From contig OY771555.1 of NCBI GenBank assembly GCA_963674785.1, forward strand, positions 1,152,001 to 1,216,000: a DNA stretch of 64,000 nt, in the 5' to 3' direction. The stretch's first letter is position 1. Each line of letters opens with the position of its first letter. The notes under the pieces were generated by a model. The model ran no database searches and was not told the origin of the DNA. It was given only the letters and a program-made list of their open reading frames with translations. Below, piece after piece: positions 38,700 to 48,089 of this stretch. The position numbers were made by a program, and so were the translations under genes. The stretch is from Caldisericia bacterium (GTDB lineage: Bacteria > Caldisericota > Caldisericia > JAAYUI01).

Positions 38700-39566
38700 A
38701 TGAGAAAAAAATCTAGAATCGTCCGCATAAATGAAGCGATTGATTTTATCGAAGATAATCTAGATAGACCTCTATCATTGAAAACAATCTCTGATATTGC
38801 GGGTTTTTCATTATTTTATTTTCACAGGATTTTCGCATGTTCTACGGGGTATACTCTTGCTGAATATATAAGAAAAAGAAGGTTGGCAGAGGCTTCAATT
38901 GAGATTACGGAAACTGACAAGAAGATAATTGATATTGCTTTTGATTTCCAGTTTGAGAGTCAAGAATCATTTACAAGAGCATTTAAAAAAGAATTTAACG
39001 TCACACCCGCATATTACAGAAAGTGGCGACCACATATTCCGCAACTTGTGCCGGCAAGGTTGAATATAAAAACATCCTATGAAGGAGGAGAATTGATGGA
39101 ACCTGTGATAAGAGAGATAGGTGAACTTAAACTGGTTGGTATAAAACATTTTGGAGTTGACAAAGATATTCCTGAGGTTTGGGAGAAAATGGGACCATAT
39201 TATGGCAACATAAAGTATCAAGCTAAACCCGAAGTAGGAATTGAATATAGTTATGGCGATCCTGCAAAAAATGATGGGAAGTATTGGATTATGGCAGCAT
39301 CTCTTGTTGAAAAGATTGAAGATGTTCCAGATGGGCTTGAGTCAGCAGTAATTCCTGCTCAAAAATATGCTGTTTTTACACACAAAGGTGTGATTGGGAC
39401 AATTGGGAAAACATTTGTTTATATCTACAAGGAGTGGCTTCCAAATTCAAAACTGGAACTTGCATCTGATTTCAATCTTCAGTGGTACGATGAGCGTTTC
39501 ACTGTAAAAGGTGAGATGGGTCAGAGCGAAGACTGTGAAGTGGATATTTTAATCCCAATCAAGTAG
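38700..39566 (+). CDS. AraC/Rob-family regulator with GyrI-like effector domain
   Basis: FHRIF...EYIRKRRL, FESQESFTRAFKK, YAVFTHKG, EWLPNS. Confidence 0.93.
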   Translation: MRKKSRIVRINEAIDFIEDNLDRPLSLKTISDIAGFSLFYFHRIFACSTGYTLAEYIRKRRLAEASIEITETDKKIIDIAFDFQFESQESFTRAFKKEFNVTPAYYRKWRPHIPQLVPARLNIKTSYEGGELMEPVIREIGELKLVGIKHFGVDKDIPEVWEKMGPYYGNIKYQAKPEVGIEYSYGDPAKNDGKYWIMAASLVEKIEDVPDGLESAVIPAQKYAVFTHKGVIGTIGKTFVYIYKEWLPNSKLELASDFNLQWYDERFTVKGEMGQSEDCEVDILIPIK

Positions 39567-39581
39567 AATGTAGAAAAACTC

Positions 39582-39611
39582 TGGGAGCGATAAAAGTCGC
39601 TCCCATCTTTT
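39582..39611 (+). terminator. Hairpin/terminator between AraC and GNAT genes
   Basis: TGGGAGCGAT-AAAA-GTCGCTCCCATCTTTT. Confidence 0.6.
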
Positions 39612-39622
39612 GGGTGGTGTGA

Positions 39623-40381
39623 ATGGCTGAATATGAATACATAAATGTGACATTGGAAAATATTGAAACAGAACACATCTGTTGTGCCTTTGCGAGCTCT
39701 AAAAACCATCAGGGAATGCTTGATAAAAAATCTTGGATGAAGGATAGATTGAGAGAAGGAATGGTTTTCAGGAAGCTTAATGAAAAGGCAAAAGTTTTTA
39801 TTGAGTATATCCCCGCCGAATTTGCCTGGAAACCCGTTATTGCTCCTGGATATCTCTTTATCCACTGTCTTTGGGTTTCTGGTAGATACAAAGGGCATGG
39901 TCACTCAAAAGATTTGATGAAATATTGTCTCGAGGATTCGAAAAGTTATCATGGTGTTTGTGTCACCTCTGGAGAAAAAGCGTTTTTAACCAGTAGCAAA
40001 TTCTACAAGCATTTTGGGTTTGAGGTTGCAGATACTGCACCACCTCATTTTGATTTGATGTATATCAGACACAATCCAGATGCACCACTTCCGAAATTTC
40101 CAGAAAATACTAAAAAAGCAAGAATCAATAAAAAAGGTCTGGTAATACAATATACTGACCAGTGTCCGTTTGGAAGGCATTATGTCATGGAGATGAAAGA
40201 AACTGCACAGCAAGAATTTGGGCTTGATGTTTATCTCGAAAGAATCGAGACCGGAGAGCAGGCAAGAAACTCCTCATCTGCGTATGGTACTTTTGGGATG
40301 TTCCTTGATGGAGAGTTTCTCACCTACCAACCACTCAGCTCAAAAGGTTTTATAAAGCTGATGAATAAGGTTTTGCATTAA
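39623..40381 (+). CDS. YoaP-domain GNAT acetyltransferase
   Basis: EHICCA, FIEYIPAEFAW, CLWVSGRYKGHG, YTDQCPF. Confidence 0.88.
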   Translation: MAEYEYINVTLENIETEHICCAFASSKNHQGMLDKKSWMKDRLREGMVFRKLNEKAKVFIEYIPAEFAWKPVIAPGYLFIHCLWVSGRYKGHGHSKDLMKYCLEDSKSYHGVCVTSGEKAFLTSSKFYKHFGFEVADTAPPHFDLMYIRHNPDAPLPKFPENTKKARINKKGLVIQYTDQCPFGRHYVMEMKETAQQEFGLDVYLERIETGEQARNSSSAYGTFGMFLDGEFLTYQPLSSKGFIKLMNKVLH

Positions 40382-43300
40382 TCATCGTAGTAACTGATTG
40401 TCACCTTCTTTGTTTCTGAATCCCATTTGATGTCTGCCCCAAAAACCTCCGAGATGAACCTGATTGGGACAAATGTTCTTCCACTTTTTATTTCAGCGGG
40501 AACGTCGAGTTTCACTTCCTCATTATCAATTAATGCTCTATTTTGACCGATGAAAAGCGTAATGAATTTAGTCCCTTTCGTGATGTAGATTTCTTCAACA
40601 GCGACATGTTTTGGATAGAAATCCACGATACATCCAAATGCCTCTGCAATAAATCTTGCAGGAACCATTGTTGTTCCATTGTTGATGTATGGTGGCCAGT
40701 CAAGATCATGTGGCTCACCATTTACTTTTGCTTGTTTTGAGCCAATCCAAAGTTCAATCGTCCTTTTTTGGCGTTCGGTCAAAACGACTACAACACCGAC
40801 CTCATCATCTCCACCGTTGCTGGTGACAATAATTTTTCCAGTGTATGAAGTTCCTTTTGTCATCCCTTCAGTATCAACCCTAACCCTGATTTTAAGTGGA
40901 GCGCTTTGAATAGCAAAATCCTGTTGACCAATCTTTAGCCATGGACAATCAGAGCTTATTGTTACGTCTCCTGAGAGAATCCCGTTACCGATATTAGAAA
41001 TCGTAAGGATTTCCTCGTAATACTCATCAGGTACACAATTATTGAAAAATAGTGTTGGTGGAGTAATTTTTAATATTGGTGGTCTTGGTTTGATTTGAAT
41101 CGAAACATTCACAATCCTGTTTCCACCATTGCTCTTAACAAGAATTTCAGCGGTTGTTGTTTCGTTTTCCGGAAGTTTTGTTGTGTCAATCTTGACGATA
41201 TAGTTTTCTGGTTCATCGGTTATTGAGAAAGAATCGTCTGATAATTCTAGCCATTCTTCGCTTGGTTCTAAAACACCCTCAAGTGTCAATATTCCAGCAT
41301 TATCGATTGCAAATGTTCCTGTTATCTGGTCTCCCCATGTGACATCTGTGAAGATTAATTCAGTTGGATAAACTCGTAGTTTCGGTCCCTCCTGTTTGAT
41401 TTTAATCTTGACGACAACCTTTGCAGTCCCACCATTGCTTTCAAAGAATATGTTTGCCTTATATTCGCGATTGAAATCAAGCATTGTGGTATCTGCTGTT
41501 ACAATCAGTTTTTTGTGGTTACCTTCCCATTTCACATATTCAATTACACACCAGCTCGAATCAGATGTTATCTGCCCTTTGAGGGTACCCTCGCCAACGT
41601 TGTCGATAAAACAGTCTTCTTCAGAGTAAGTCCCTCTTTCAACTTCACCAAAGTCAATTTCTATTGGGGTTACTTCGAGTTTAGGTTGACCTGTGACAGT
41701 AAAGGTAATGATAACAGTTTCTTGTTCACCAGTTGTTGAGCAATCTACAAGTATCGGGATATTGTATGTTTGTCCAACAGTTAGAGTTGTTGTATCAATA
41801 TTACAGATAAAGGTTTTTGGATCACTCTGTTGCATAAATTGATCAGACGAAATTGTCATATACGGCCTGTCAAACTTGACTTTACCAACAATATAACCAG
41901 CTCCGCCGTTCCAGACCTTGAACTGAGTAGCCTCTTTTTTTCCCTTTGGAATCTCCCCAAGGTTAATCTCAACAGGATCAACCATCAGTTTCGCCTCTTC
42001 ACCCCTTGTGAAGCAATATAAATTATCTTTGTCAAATGTGTATACGTATTGATCAAAAATTGTAACACCGCATTGTCCAGGAGCAGAAAGGTTGTAGTTC
42101 CACAGTTCGTTCCCATTTTCTATATCAATAATTTTGAACCTTGCTCTGCAAGAGCTACAATTCGGTGGCGTATCTCCTGTGTTAAGATAAATATAGTTGT
42201 TGCTTGCAGCCATGCAAAGCCTGACACCTTGGGGTCCGTTACTGCCTTGGGCTAATTGGTATTCCCAGTTTTTTAATGGATTGCTTTTATTGTAGGCATA
42301 AACCATCCCTTGGTCTGAGCCAACGATAATCCAGTCACCCGAAACAATTGGATTGTGTGCATATATTTCTGTTTTTAATCCTGATCGAGATTCGTATATT
42401 CTTGGGTATTTTCTCCAGATAATTGAGAAATCATCTGGATCAATTCTCATTATATGATTTGTGGGTTTTTCTTCTGTGAATCGAAACTTCTGACCTGAAC
42501 CGGGTGGGAACTCCCTTATTACAGTATAGAATGAACTGGTCAATCCAGAAATAATTATCTCATCATCGTGAAGAATTGGAAACATGTCCATTCGCATATT
42601 GCCATAATCAACAGTCCGAATAAGTTTTCCGTCTGATTCATTGTGTATTGTCCACACGGATCCATAATGATATGCTCCAAGCCATCTGCCATCATATGAT
42701 CCATTCTTTAGATTTGAACAAGTTACAAGAACTTTATCATCATACACAAGTGGAGATGTGTTATGAGGAGCATTTGGTAACTCGTTTTTCCAATCGATAG
42801 TTCCGGTTTCCGCATCAATTCTGTAAAGAAATCCACCATAAGATTCTCCACGTCTGTAAAGTTCTGTCCCTATGTATATTTTTCCGTTCTTAACTGAGGG
42901 GCTGTTCCCACATGAGTCCCCGTCAAGTTTCCTTTTCCATTGAATATTTTTCTCTAAGTCAATGCAGTGAAGTATTATATCTCCAGAATCTCCTGCAAGT
43001 GGTGTGCTTACGAAAAGAAGGTTCTTGTTTCCATTTTTCCTTTCAAAGATAACTGGGGAAGCCTTAAGATATTCATTGAAGTTATCGTATTTCCAAATAA
43101 TTTTCCCAGTAGAAGGTTCTAAGCAAACTAGTTCAGATTCAAGTTCTGGCGATCTCGGGTCATCAGTGTTTGCAAAAACGGTGAATAGTTTTGGGGTTTC
43201 ACCATCCCAACAAGCAACAACATTGCCATTAGGAGGAGACCCAGATTCCTTATTCCATAAAAGCTTAAGCGGTGGTGGTAGTTCGTGGCTGGAGTAACCT

Positions 43301-43419
43301 GTATGATTTGCGTCACCATGCATGTGTGTCCAGTCCGGTGTTTTGATCCCTGCACCGTATAAAACTGAAGATGACATCAAAAGTAATACTACAACAAGAA
43401 AAACTATAGTCTTTTTCAT
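40378..43419 (-). CDS. Secreted PQQ-like beta-propeller protein with four Ig-like (BACON-type) repeats and C-terminal stalk domain
   Basis: Signal peptide; WTHMHGDANHTG; four PxLxVxP...NxGxGxLxG units; GTTMVPARFIAEAFG; GAGGT RBS. Confidence 0.82.
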   Translation of the reverse strand: MKKTIVFLVVVLLLMSSSVLYGAGIKTPDWTHMHGDANHTGYSSHELPPPLKLLWNKESGSPPNGNVVACWDGETPKLFTVFANTDDPRSPELESELVCLEPSTGKIIWKYDNFNEYLKASPVIFERKNGNKNLLFVSTPLAGDSGDIILHCIDLEKNIQWKRKLDGDSCGNSPSVKNGKIYIGTELYRRGESYGGFLYRIDAETGTIDWKNELPNAPHNTSPLVYDDKVLVTCSNLKNGSYDGRWLGAYHYGSVWTIHNESDGKLIRTVDYGNMRMDMFPILHDDEIIISGLTSSFYTVIREFPPGSGQKFRFTEEKPTNHIMRIDPDDFSIIWRKYPRIYESRSGLKTEIYAHNPIVSGDWIIVGSDQGMVYAYNKSNPLKNWEYQLAQGSNGPQGVRLCMAASNNYIYLNTGDTPPNCSSCRARFKIIDIENGNELWNYNLSAPGQCGVTIFDQYVYTFDKDNLYCFTRGEEAKLMVDPVEINLGEIPKGKKEATQFKVWNGGAGYIVGKVKFDRPYMTISSDQFMQQSDPKTFICNIDTTTLTVGQTYNIPILVDCSTTGEQETVIITFTVTGQPKLEVTPIEIDFGEVERGTYSEEDCFIDNVGEGTLKGQITSDSSWCVIEYVKWEGNHKKLIVTADTTMLDFNREYKANIFFESNGGTAKVVVKIKIKQEGPKLRVYPTELIFTDVTWGDQITGTFAIDNAGILTLEGVLEPSEEWLELSDDSFSITDEPENYIVKIDTTKLPENETTTAEILVKSNGGNRIVNVSIQIKPRPPILKITPPTLFFNNCVPDEYYEEILTISNIGNGILSGDVTISSDCPWLKIGQQDFAIQSAPLKIRVRVDTEGMTKGTSYTGKIIVTSNGGDDEVGVVVVLTERQKRTIELWIGSKQAKVNGEPHDLDWPPYINNGTTMVPARFIAEAFGCIVDFYPKHVAVEEIYITKGTKFITLFIGQNRALIDNEEVKLDVPAEIKSGRTFVPIRFISEVFGADIKWDSETKKVTISYYDD

Positions 43420-43471
43420 TATTTTTACCTCTTTCCTAAATTACAAAAATTCGCATGTTATGGTTCATGCC

Positions 43472-43499
43472 TTGACATTAACTCTTCAGTTACGATAAT
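43472..43499 (+). promoter_or_regulatory. Promoter of tRNA-Val
   Basis: TTGACA-16-GATAAT. Confidence 0.7.
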
Positions 43500-43510
43500 C
43501 TAGAAAACCT

Positions 43511-43585
43511 GGGCGGTTAGTTCAGAGGTAGAACGCTACCTTGACACGGTAGAGGTCAGTGGTTCGATTCCACTACCGCCCACCA
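43511..43585 (+). tRNA. tRNA-Val (anticodon GAC)
   Basis: GGGCGGT/ACCGCCC acceptor, CTACC-TTGACAC-GGTAG, GGTTCGATTCC, CCA. Confidence 0.97.
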
Positions 43586-43598
43586 TTTCAACACCAAA

Positions 43599-44612
43599 AT
43601 GACATCAAAGTCCAAGTTACTCCGAATTTTACTCAGACCAATAAGAATCCTTTTTGAAGCGATTCTTTCTTTTGGTGAGGACTCAGGTCTGGTATTGTCT
43701 TCATCAGTTACTTTTTACTTTTTGTTGGCGTTTGTTCCTGTGATTCTCTTTGCACTCTCATTGCTTGGTATGCTTCTTTCTCAACAACACTATTCTGATC
43801 AACTTGCAGAAATACTCAAGATTTTTGTTGCAAATCCAAATACAATATCCGCTTTTACAAGAATTGTTAATCCAATAATTGAGAATGCTTCTTCAATGAC
43901 ATTTATCGGTTCAATAACTCTTCTTATTGTTTCCAGTGGAATGTTTAGAAGTATGGAATACGCAATGAACAGAGTTTTTGCAGCAAAACCAAGGGGGCTT
44001 TTAAGGTCTTATGGAATTGGAATAGTCTTTTCTCTGATTATCAACCTTTTACTTATTGTAGGACTTGTGATGTCTCCTGTGCTTGGATATGCCGCAATTG
44101 CGGATATTCCACTTGTTGAATCATTGGTTGAGTGGATTCCAGGACTTGCATTTGTGATTCAAAATATCTTCACATGGTTTGTGTTTGGTTTGATATGCGT
44201 GATTATTTATTTTGTACTCCCAAACACAAAAAAAAGATTTCGAGATGTTCTCTATGGTGCTCTCGCGTCGGCTATTTTGTGGAATATTTTGAGGTATTTC
44301 TTTGGAATTTATCTTAAATACTTCTCTACGATAGAGTTTGTATATGGTGCTCTTGGTACCATCATCGGTGCCATCCTTTGGTTGTTTCTTTCAGTTATTA
44401 TTATCATCTTTGGAGCTGAAATCACAAAGATTTTAAACCTCAGAGCAAAGGGTATGCCTGCACCATCGTTTACCACGCTCATTCATCGGGCTACCAATTC
44501 ATTTTCTCCTCAAGCAAAAGAGAGGATTTCAACAGAACTAGAGAAATACAAAACAAAGGTCAACTTGAGAATTGATCCTTCGGAGATCGAGGATAATAAC
44601 CCATCAGAATAG
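43599..44612 (+). CDS. YihY/virulence factor BrkB family membrane protein
   Basis: TFYFLLAFVP, AMNRVF, IYFVLPN, YGALG, FGAE. Confidence 0.9.
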   Translation: MTSKSKLLRILLRPIRILFEAILSFGEDSGLVLSSSVTFYFLLAFVPVILFALSLLGMLLSQQHYSDQLAEILKIFVANPNTISAFTRIVNPIIENASSMTFIGSITLLIVSSGMFRSMEYAMNRVFAAKPRGLLRSYGIGIVFSLIINLLLIVGLVMSPVLGYAAIADIPLVESLVEWIPGLAFVIQNIFTWFVFGLICVIIYFVLPNTKKRFRDVLYGALASAILWNILRYFFGIYLKYFSTIEFVYGALGTIIGAILWLFLSVIIIIFGAEITKILNLRAKGMPAPSFTTLIHRATNSFSPQAKERISTELEKYKTKVNLRIDPSEIEDNNPSE

Positions 44613-45929
44613 TTTTCTGTTAGCCTGATTATCAGAAAAAATCTCATCAGCTGATGCAAAAAATCTTTTTATTCTCTCATCGATGAACACATGACTTTTC
44701 CTGATTTTGGTTTTTAAAACCAATCCTTTTAGACTCACACATCTACTCAGTGCAACATATGTTTGGCCTGGCGCAAAAACTCCACTGCTCAGATCGAGCA
44801 CAACATTTTCAAAGGTTTTTCCCTGAGCCTTGTGAATTGTTACCGCCCAGGCAAGTTTGACTGGGTACTGTGTGAAAGAACCAACACTCTCAGAGTTTAT
44901 CTGTTTTTCTTTATCATCATAAAGAAATCTGAAGATGTCCCATTTATAAGGGTCAACATCAACGGTCATTCCATTTTGAAGTTTCACTCTCAGTTTGTCG
45001 TCATCTTCACCGGGAACGATTTCTTCGAGTGTGCCAACTGAACCGTTTACCCATCTTCCATCTGAGTCATTGTTCAGTAACATCAATTGTGAACCGATTT
45101 TCAGTCTCAGGTTTTCTTCTGTTGGAAAGCTGTTTTTTGTGAAACTTCCAGAGACTTTTGCGGGGTACTCAAATAGCCTCCCCTTAATATTCGCAAGTTG
45201 AGTATTGTTTATGAATTCAGCCTTTTTGTTGATTGTTGTGAGACTGACATAGTTTTTGTTTTTTGCTTCAATAAAACTTGGGTCAAATCTTTTGTTGAGG
45301 ATATCGAGGTCTTCGAATGTGATTGTTTTATTTCTTATTCTGCCAAGAATATCAATAAATTCATCATCCTTCTGTCTGTAAACCTTTTCAAGTTCAACCA
45401 TGTTGAAGATTGATTCCTTAAAACATAATGAACTGAAGAAGAACGGTGTACTGTATGTGTTAAAAAAAATTGCCCTTTCATCATTTCTGATGATTGGAGG
45501 AAGCTGATAAAGGTCACCAAAGAGAATCATCTGAACTCCACCAAATGGCTGATCATGATTTTTCCTGTTCAACTTAAGAGCTTTATCGATGAAGTCGAAA
45601 AGGTCAGCTCTCACCATCGAAACCTCATCAATGATAAGAGCATCAAGTTTTTCGATTACTTTCTTCTTTTCGCCCTTTTGGGGTTTGATTTTTTCGTAAG
45701 TAATATCGGGTTTGAACCCAAAAAAAGAATGAATTGTTTGTCCTTCAACATTCACTGCTGAAACACCCGTGGGTGCAACAACCGCTATGTTTTTGCTTGT
45801 GATATTTCTGAAATACTTGAGTAGCGTCGATTTTCCAGTTCCTGCTTTTCCGGTGATGAAGACATTTTGATTTGTGTCGTTCATCAACTTTATAGCGTTC
45901 TCAAATTTTTCGTTTATCTCAAGTTTCAT
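44604..45929 (-). CDS. Pif1-family (SF1B) DNA helicase
   Basis: GKAGTGKS, APTGVSA, TIHSFF, IIDEVSM, FGG.Q...GDLYQLPP, AVTIHKAQG, YVALSR. Confidence 0.92.
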   Translation of the reverse strand: MKLEINEKFENAIKLMNDTNQNVFITGKAGTGKSTLLKYFRNITSKNIAVVAPTGVSAVNVEGQTIHSFFGFKPDITYEKIKPQKGEKKKVIEKLDALIIDEVSMVRADLFDFIDKALKLNRKNHDQPFGGVQMILFGDLYQLPPIIRNDERAIFFNTYSTPFFFSSLCFKESIFNMVELEKVYRQKDDEFIDILGRIRNKTITFEDLDILNKRFDPSFIEAKNKNYVSLTTINKKAEFINNTQLANIKGRLFEYPAKVSGSFTKNSFPTEENLRLKIGSQLMLLNNDSDGRWVNGSVGTLEEIVPGEDDDKLRVKLQNGMTVDVDPYKWDIFRFLYDDKEKQINSESVGSFTQYPVKLAWAVTIHKAQGKTFENVVLDLSSGVFAPGQTYVALSRCVSLKGLVLKTKIRKSHVFIDERIKRFFASADEIFSDNQANRKLF

Positions 45930-45977
45930 ATTATTTAGATAGTTTTAGATGCTTTAAGAGGCTAATAATTAGTAATA

Positions 45978-47822
45978 CTAGCTTTTAGTTTCTTTCTTTC
46001 GTTTTGGGTATCCTTCTTTTGCTGTGCCGAATTTCTTTTCTCTTCTCTGTCTTCTGTTTTCTTTGGGTTTGTCAGAGCTGTTGGATTTCTGTCTTGATCT
46101 GTAGCTAGCCCTTTCTTTTCTGGGACTGTCATCCTTCTTTTTGCTCCAGCTACCGCTTTTGTTGTTTCTTGGGCCATTATTCCAGCGTCCGCTACCCTCA
46201 CTTCGTTCCCTGGATTTCTTTGCGTGTGTGATAAGTGGCTTCTGACCCTTTTCTTTGAAGCTGGATATTACTTTTTCGGCTTTTGCAAACGGAACTGTGA
46301 CAAATGAGAAATCTTCCATAACGGCAACATCGTCAATCTCTTTTGATTTTATGTTGACCTTGCTTATAACCAGATCAACAAGCTTTTTCGGGTTAAACCC
46401 ATCTTTTTTACCCAAAGCAACAAACAACCTTGCTTTTCCACTTCCGTCGAGTTCTCTTTCGATATTTCGATCACTTCTTTCGCGAGGCTTTGTTTCTTTG
46501 ATTGTTCCGTAAACATCAGGGTTTAGGGAATCTTCAAAACTATAGGCGAGGAGTGCTGCGAGAATGTTTGTTGAGTTGTTAGATTCCAGTAGATTTTTTG
46601 CCCATCCATAGTATTTTTGATCAACTTGGTCAGAGAGGATAGAAATCAGATCCTGTTCAATCTTTTTCTTTTTGGCATCAATAATCTCATGCACTTCAGG
46701 GAGCTGAGATTTCTTGATGTCAGTTTTTGCAAATCTTTGAATGTACATCAGTTTCTTGTATTCACTTGGTGTGATGAATGTTATTGCTGTTCCTTCATTT
46801 CCTGCTCTTCCTGTCCTCCCAATTCTATGGACATACGATTCAGCATCTTGGGGAAGGGCGTAGTTGATGACATGTGAAAGGTTGTTGACGTCAATTCCTC
46901 TTGCGGCAACATCGGTTGCAACGAGGATGTTCACCCTTTTCTTTTTGAATTTATCAAGAGTTCGCTCTCTTTGTGATTGTGAAATATCGCCATGGATGCA
47001 CTCAGCATCATATCCTCTCTCCATGAGATGTGAAACAAGGGAATCAACGTCACTTTTTGTACGACAAAAAATCAAACCATAAAAATCTTCTGCAATATCT
47101 ACAATTCGACAGAGAGCCTCAAACTTATCTGATGCTTTTACTTCGTAATAGATTTGCTCTGTAAGGGTTGTAGTCAACTGTTTTCTCTCAACAGACAACA
47201 TTTGATAATCACCCATGTAATTTGTTGCCAGTTGTTTGATTCTTTCAGGTATTGTTGCAGAGAAAAGAAGTGTGCGCTTATCTTCATTTGTGTGCTTCAT
47301 TATCTCTTCGATGTCTTCGATGAATCCCATGTTCAGCATCTCGTCGGCTTCATCAAGAATCAGATGGTCAATCGCTTCAACGTTCAAAGTTTTTCTTTTC
47401 AGATGATCGATGATTCTGCCTGGAGTTCCAACAACAATGTGAACACCTTTTTTGAGTCTTCGAAGCTGTTGGTCAATTGATTGACCTCCATAAATTGGGA
47501 TTACCTTTATCTTTGTATTCCCCCGAAGAGAGTGTATCTCCTCGGAAACCTGAATCGCTAATTCCCTTGTTGGTGCAAGAATCAATGCTTGAACACGATC
47601 TTCTTCTTCGTCAATCATTTGGATTAACGGTAATCCAAATGCTGCTGTTTTTCCTGTTCCAGTTTGAGCCTGGGCGATTATGTTGTCTTCGTCTTGAAGC
47701 ATGACAGGAATTGTGAGTGCCTGAATTGCTGTTGGTTCCTCGAACCCTTTTTTATTTATTGCCTCGATCAGAATCTCTGATAAACCGAGGTCATCAAATG
47801 TTTTTTTATCTTCCATTTCCAC
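45978..47822 (-). CDS. deaD: DEAD-box RNA helicase (DeaD/CsdA type) with DbpA-like domain and basic tail
   Basis: AQTGTGKT, PTRELA, DEAD, SAT, HRIGRTGRAG; C-terminal RLFVALGKKDG. Confidence 0.9.
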   Translation of the reverse strand: MEMEDKKTFDDLGLSEILIEAINKKGFEEPTAIQALTIPVMLQDEDNIIAQAQTGTGKTAAFGLPLIQMIDEEEDRVQALILAPTRELAIQVSEEIHSLRGNTKIKVIPIYGGQSIDQQLRRLKKGVHIVVGTPGRIIDHLKRKTLNVEAIDHLILDEADEMLNMGFIEDIEEIMKHTNEDKRTLLFSATIPERIKQLATNYMGDYQMLSVERKQLTTTLTEQIYYEVKASDKFEALCRIVDIAEDFYGLIFCRTKSDVDSLVSHLMERGYDAECIHGDISQSQRERTLDKFKKKRVNILVATDVAARGIDVNNLSHVINYALPQDAESYVHRIGRTGRAGNEGTAITFITPSEYKKLMYIQRFAKTDIKKSQLPEVHEIIDAKKKKIEQDLISILSDQVDQKYYGWAKNLLESNNSTNILAALLAYSFEDSLNPDVYGTIKETKPRERSDRNIERELDGSGKARLFVALGKKDGFNPKKLVDLVISKVNIKSKEIDDVAVMEDFSFVTVPFAKAEKVISSFKEKGQKPLITHAKKSRERSEGSGRWNNGPRNNKSGSWSKKKDDSPRKERASYRSRQKSNSSDKPKENRRQRREKKFGTAKEGYPKRKKETKS

Positions 47823-47950
47823 CTATTTTCCACCTTCTTTTTTTGAAGGTCATCCAGACCTTACTCCATAAACGAATTCAACATAGAAAAATAGTTCTAA
47901 ACAATATCCTTGCGATATTGATGAAAGGATTAAACATTTGACATAGCTAA

Positions 47951-47978
47951 TTGACCATATCTTTCCGTTGCATATAAT
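47951..47978 (+). promoter_or_regulatory. Sigma70-type promoter
   Basis: TTGACC-16-TATAAT. Confidence 0.75.
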
Positions 47979-47985
47979 TAACTTT

Positions 47986-48046
47986 TACAGTTATACTGGG
48001 TTTGTTCCTACTGCCTCCCAGTTCCTTTGCTTGGGGAATAGCTGTA
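47986..48046 (+). ncRNA. Candidate structured RNA (three-way junction) at the 5' end of a transcript
   Basis: TACAGTTAT/ATAGCTGTA enclosing ACTGGG/CCCAGT and TCCTT/GGGGA; starts about 7 nt after -10 box. Confidence 0.4.
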
Positions 48047-48089
48047 TTTGGAGGAAGGTTTAGAAATAGGAAGTGAGATTGAGGTATTA

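Noticed and set aside
44604-47822. Pif1 plus DEAD-box helicases as a defence module
   Set aside because: Both look like ordinary stand-alone housekeeping helicases with no nuclease or accessory partner
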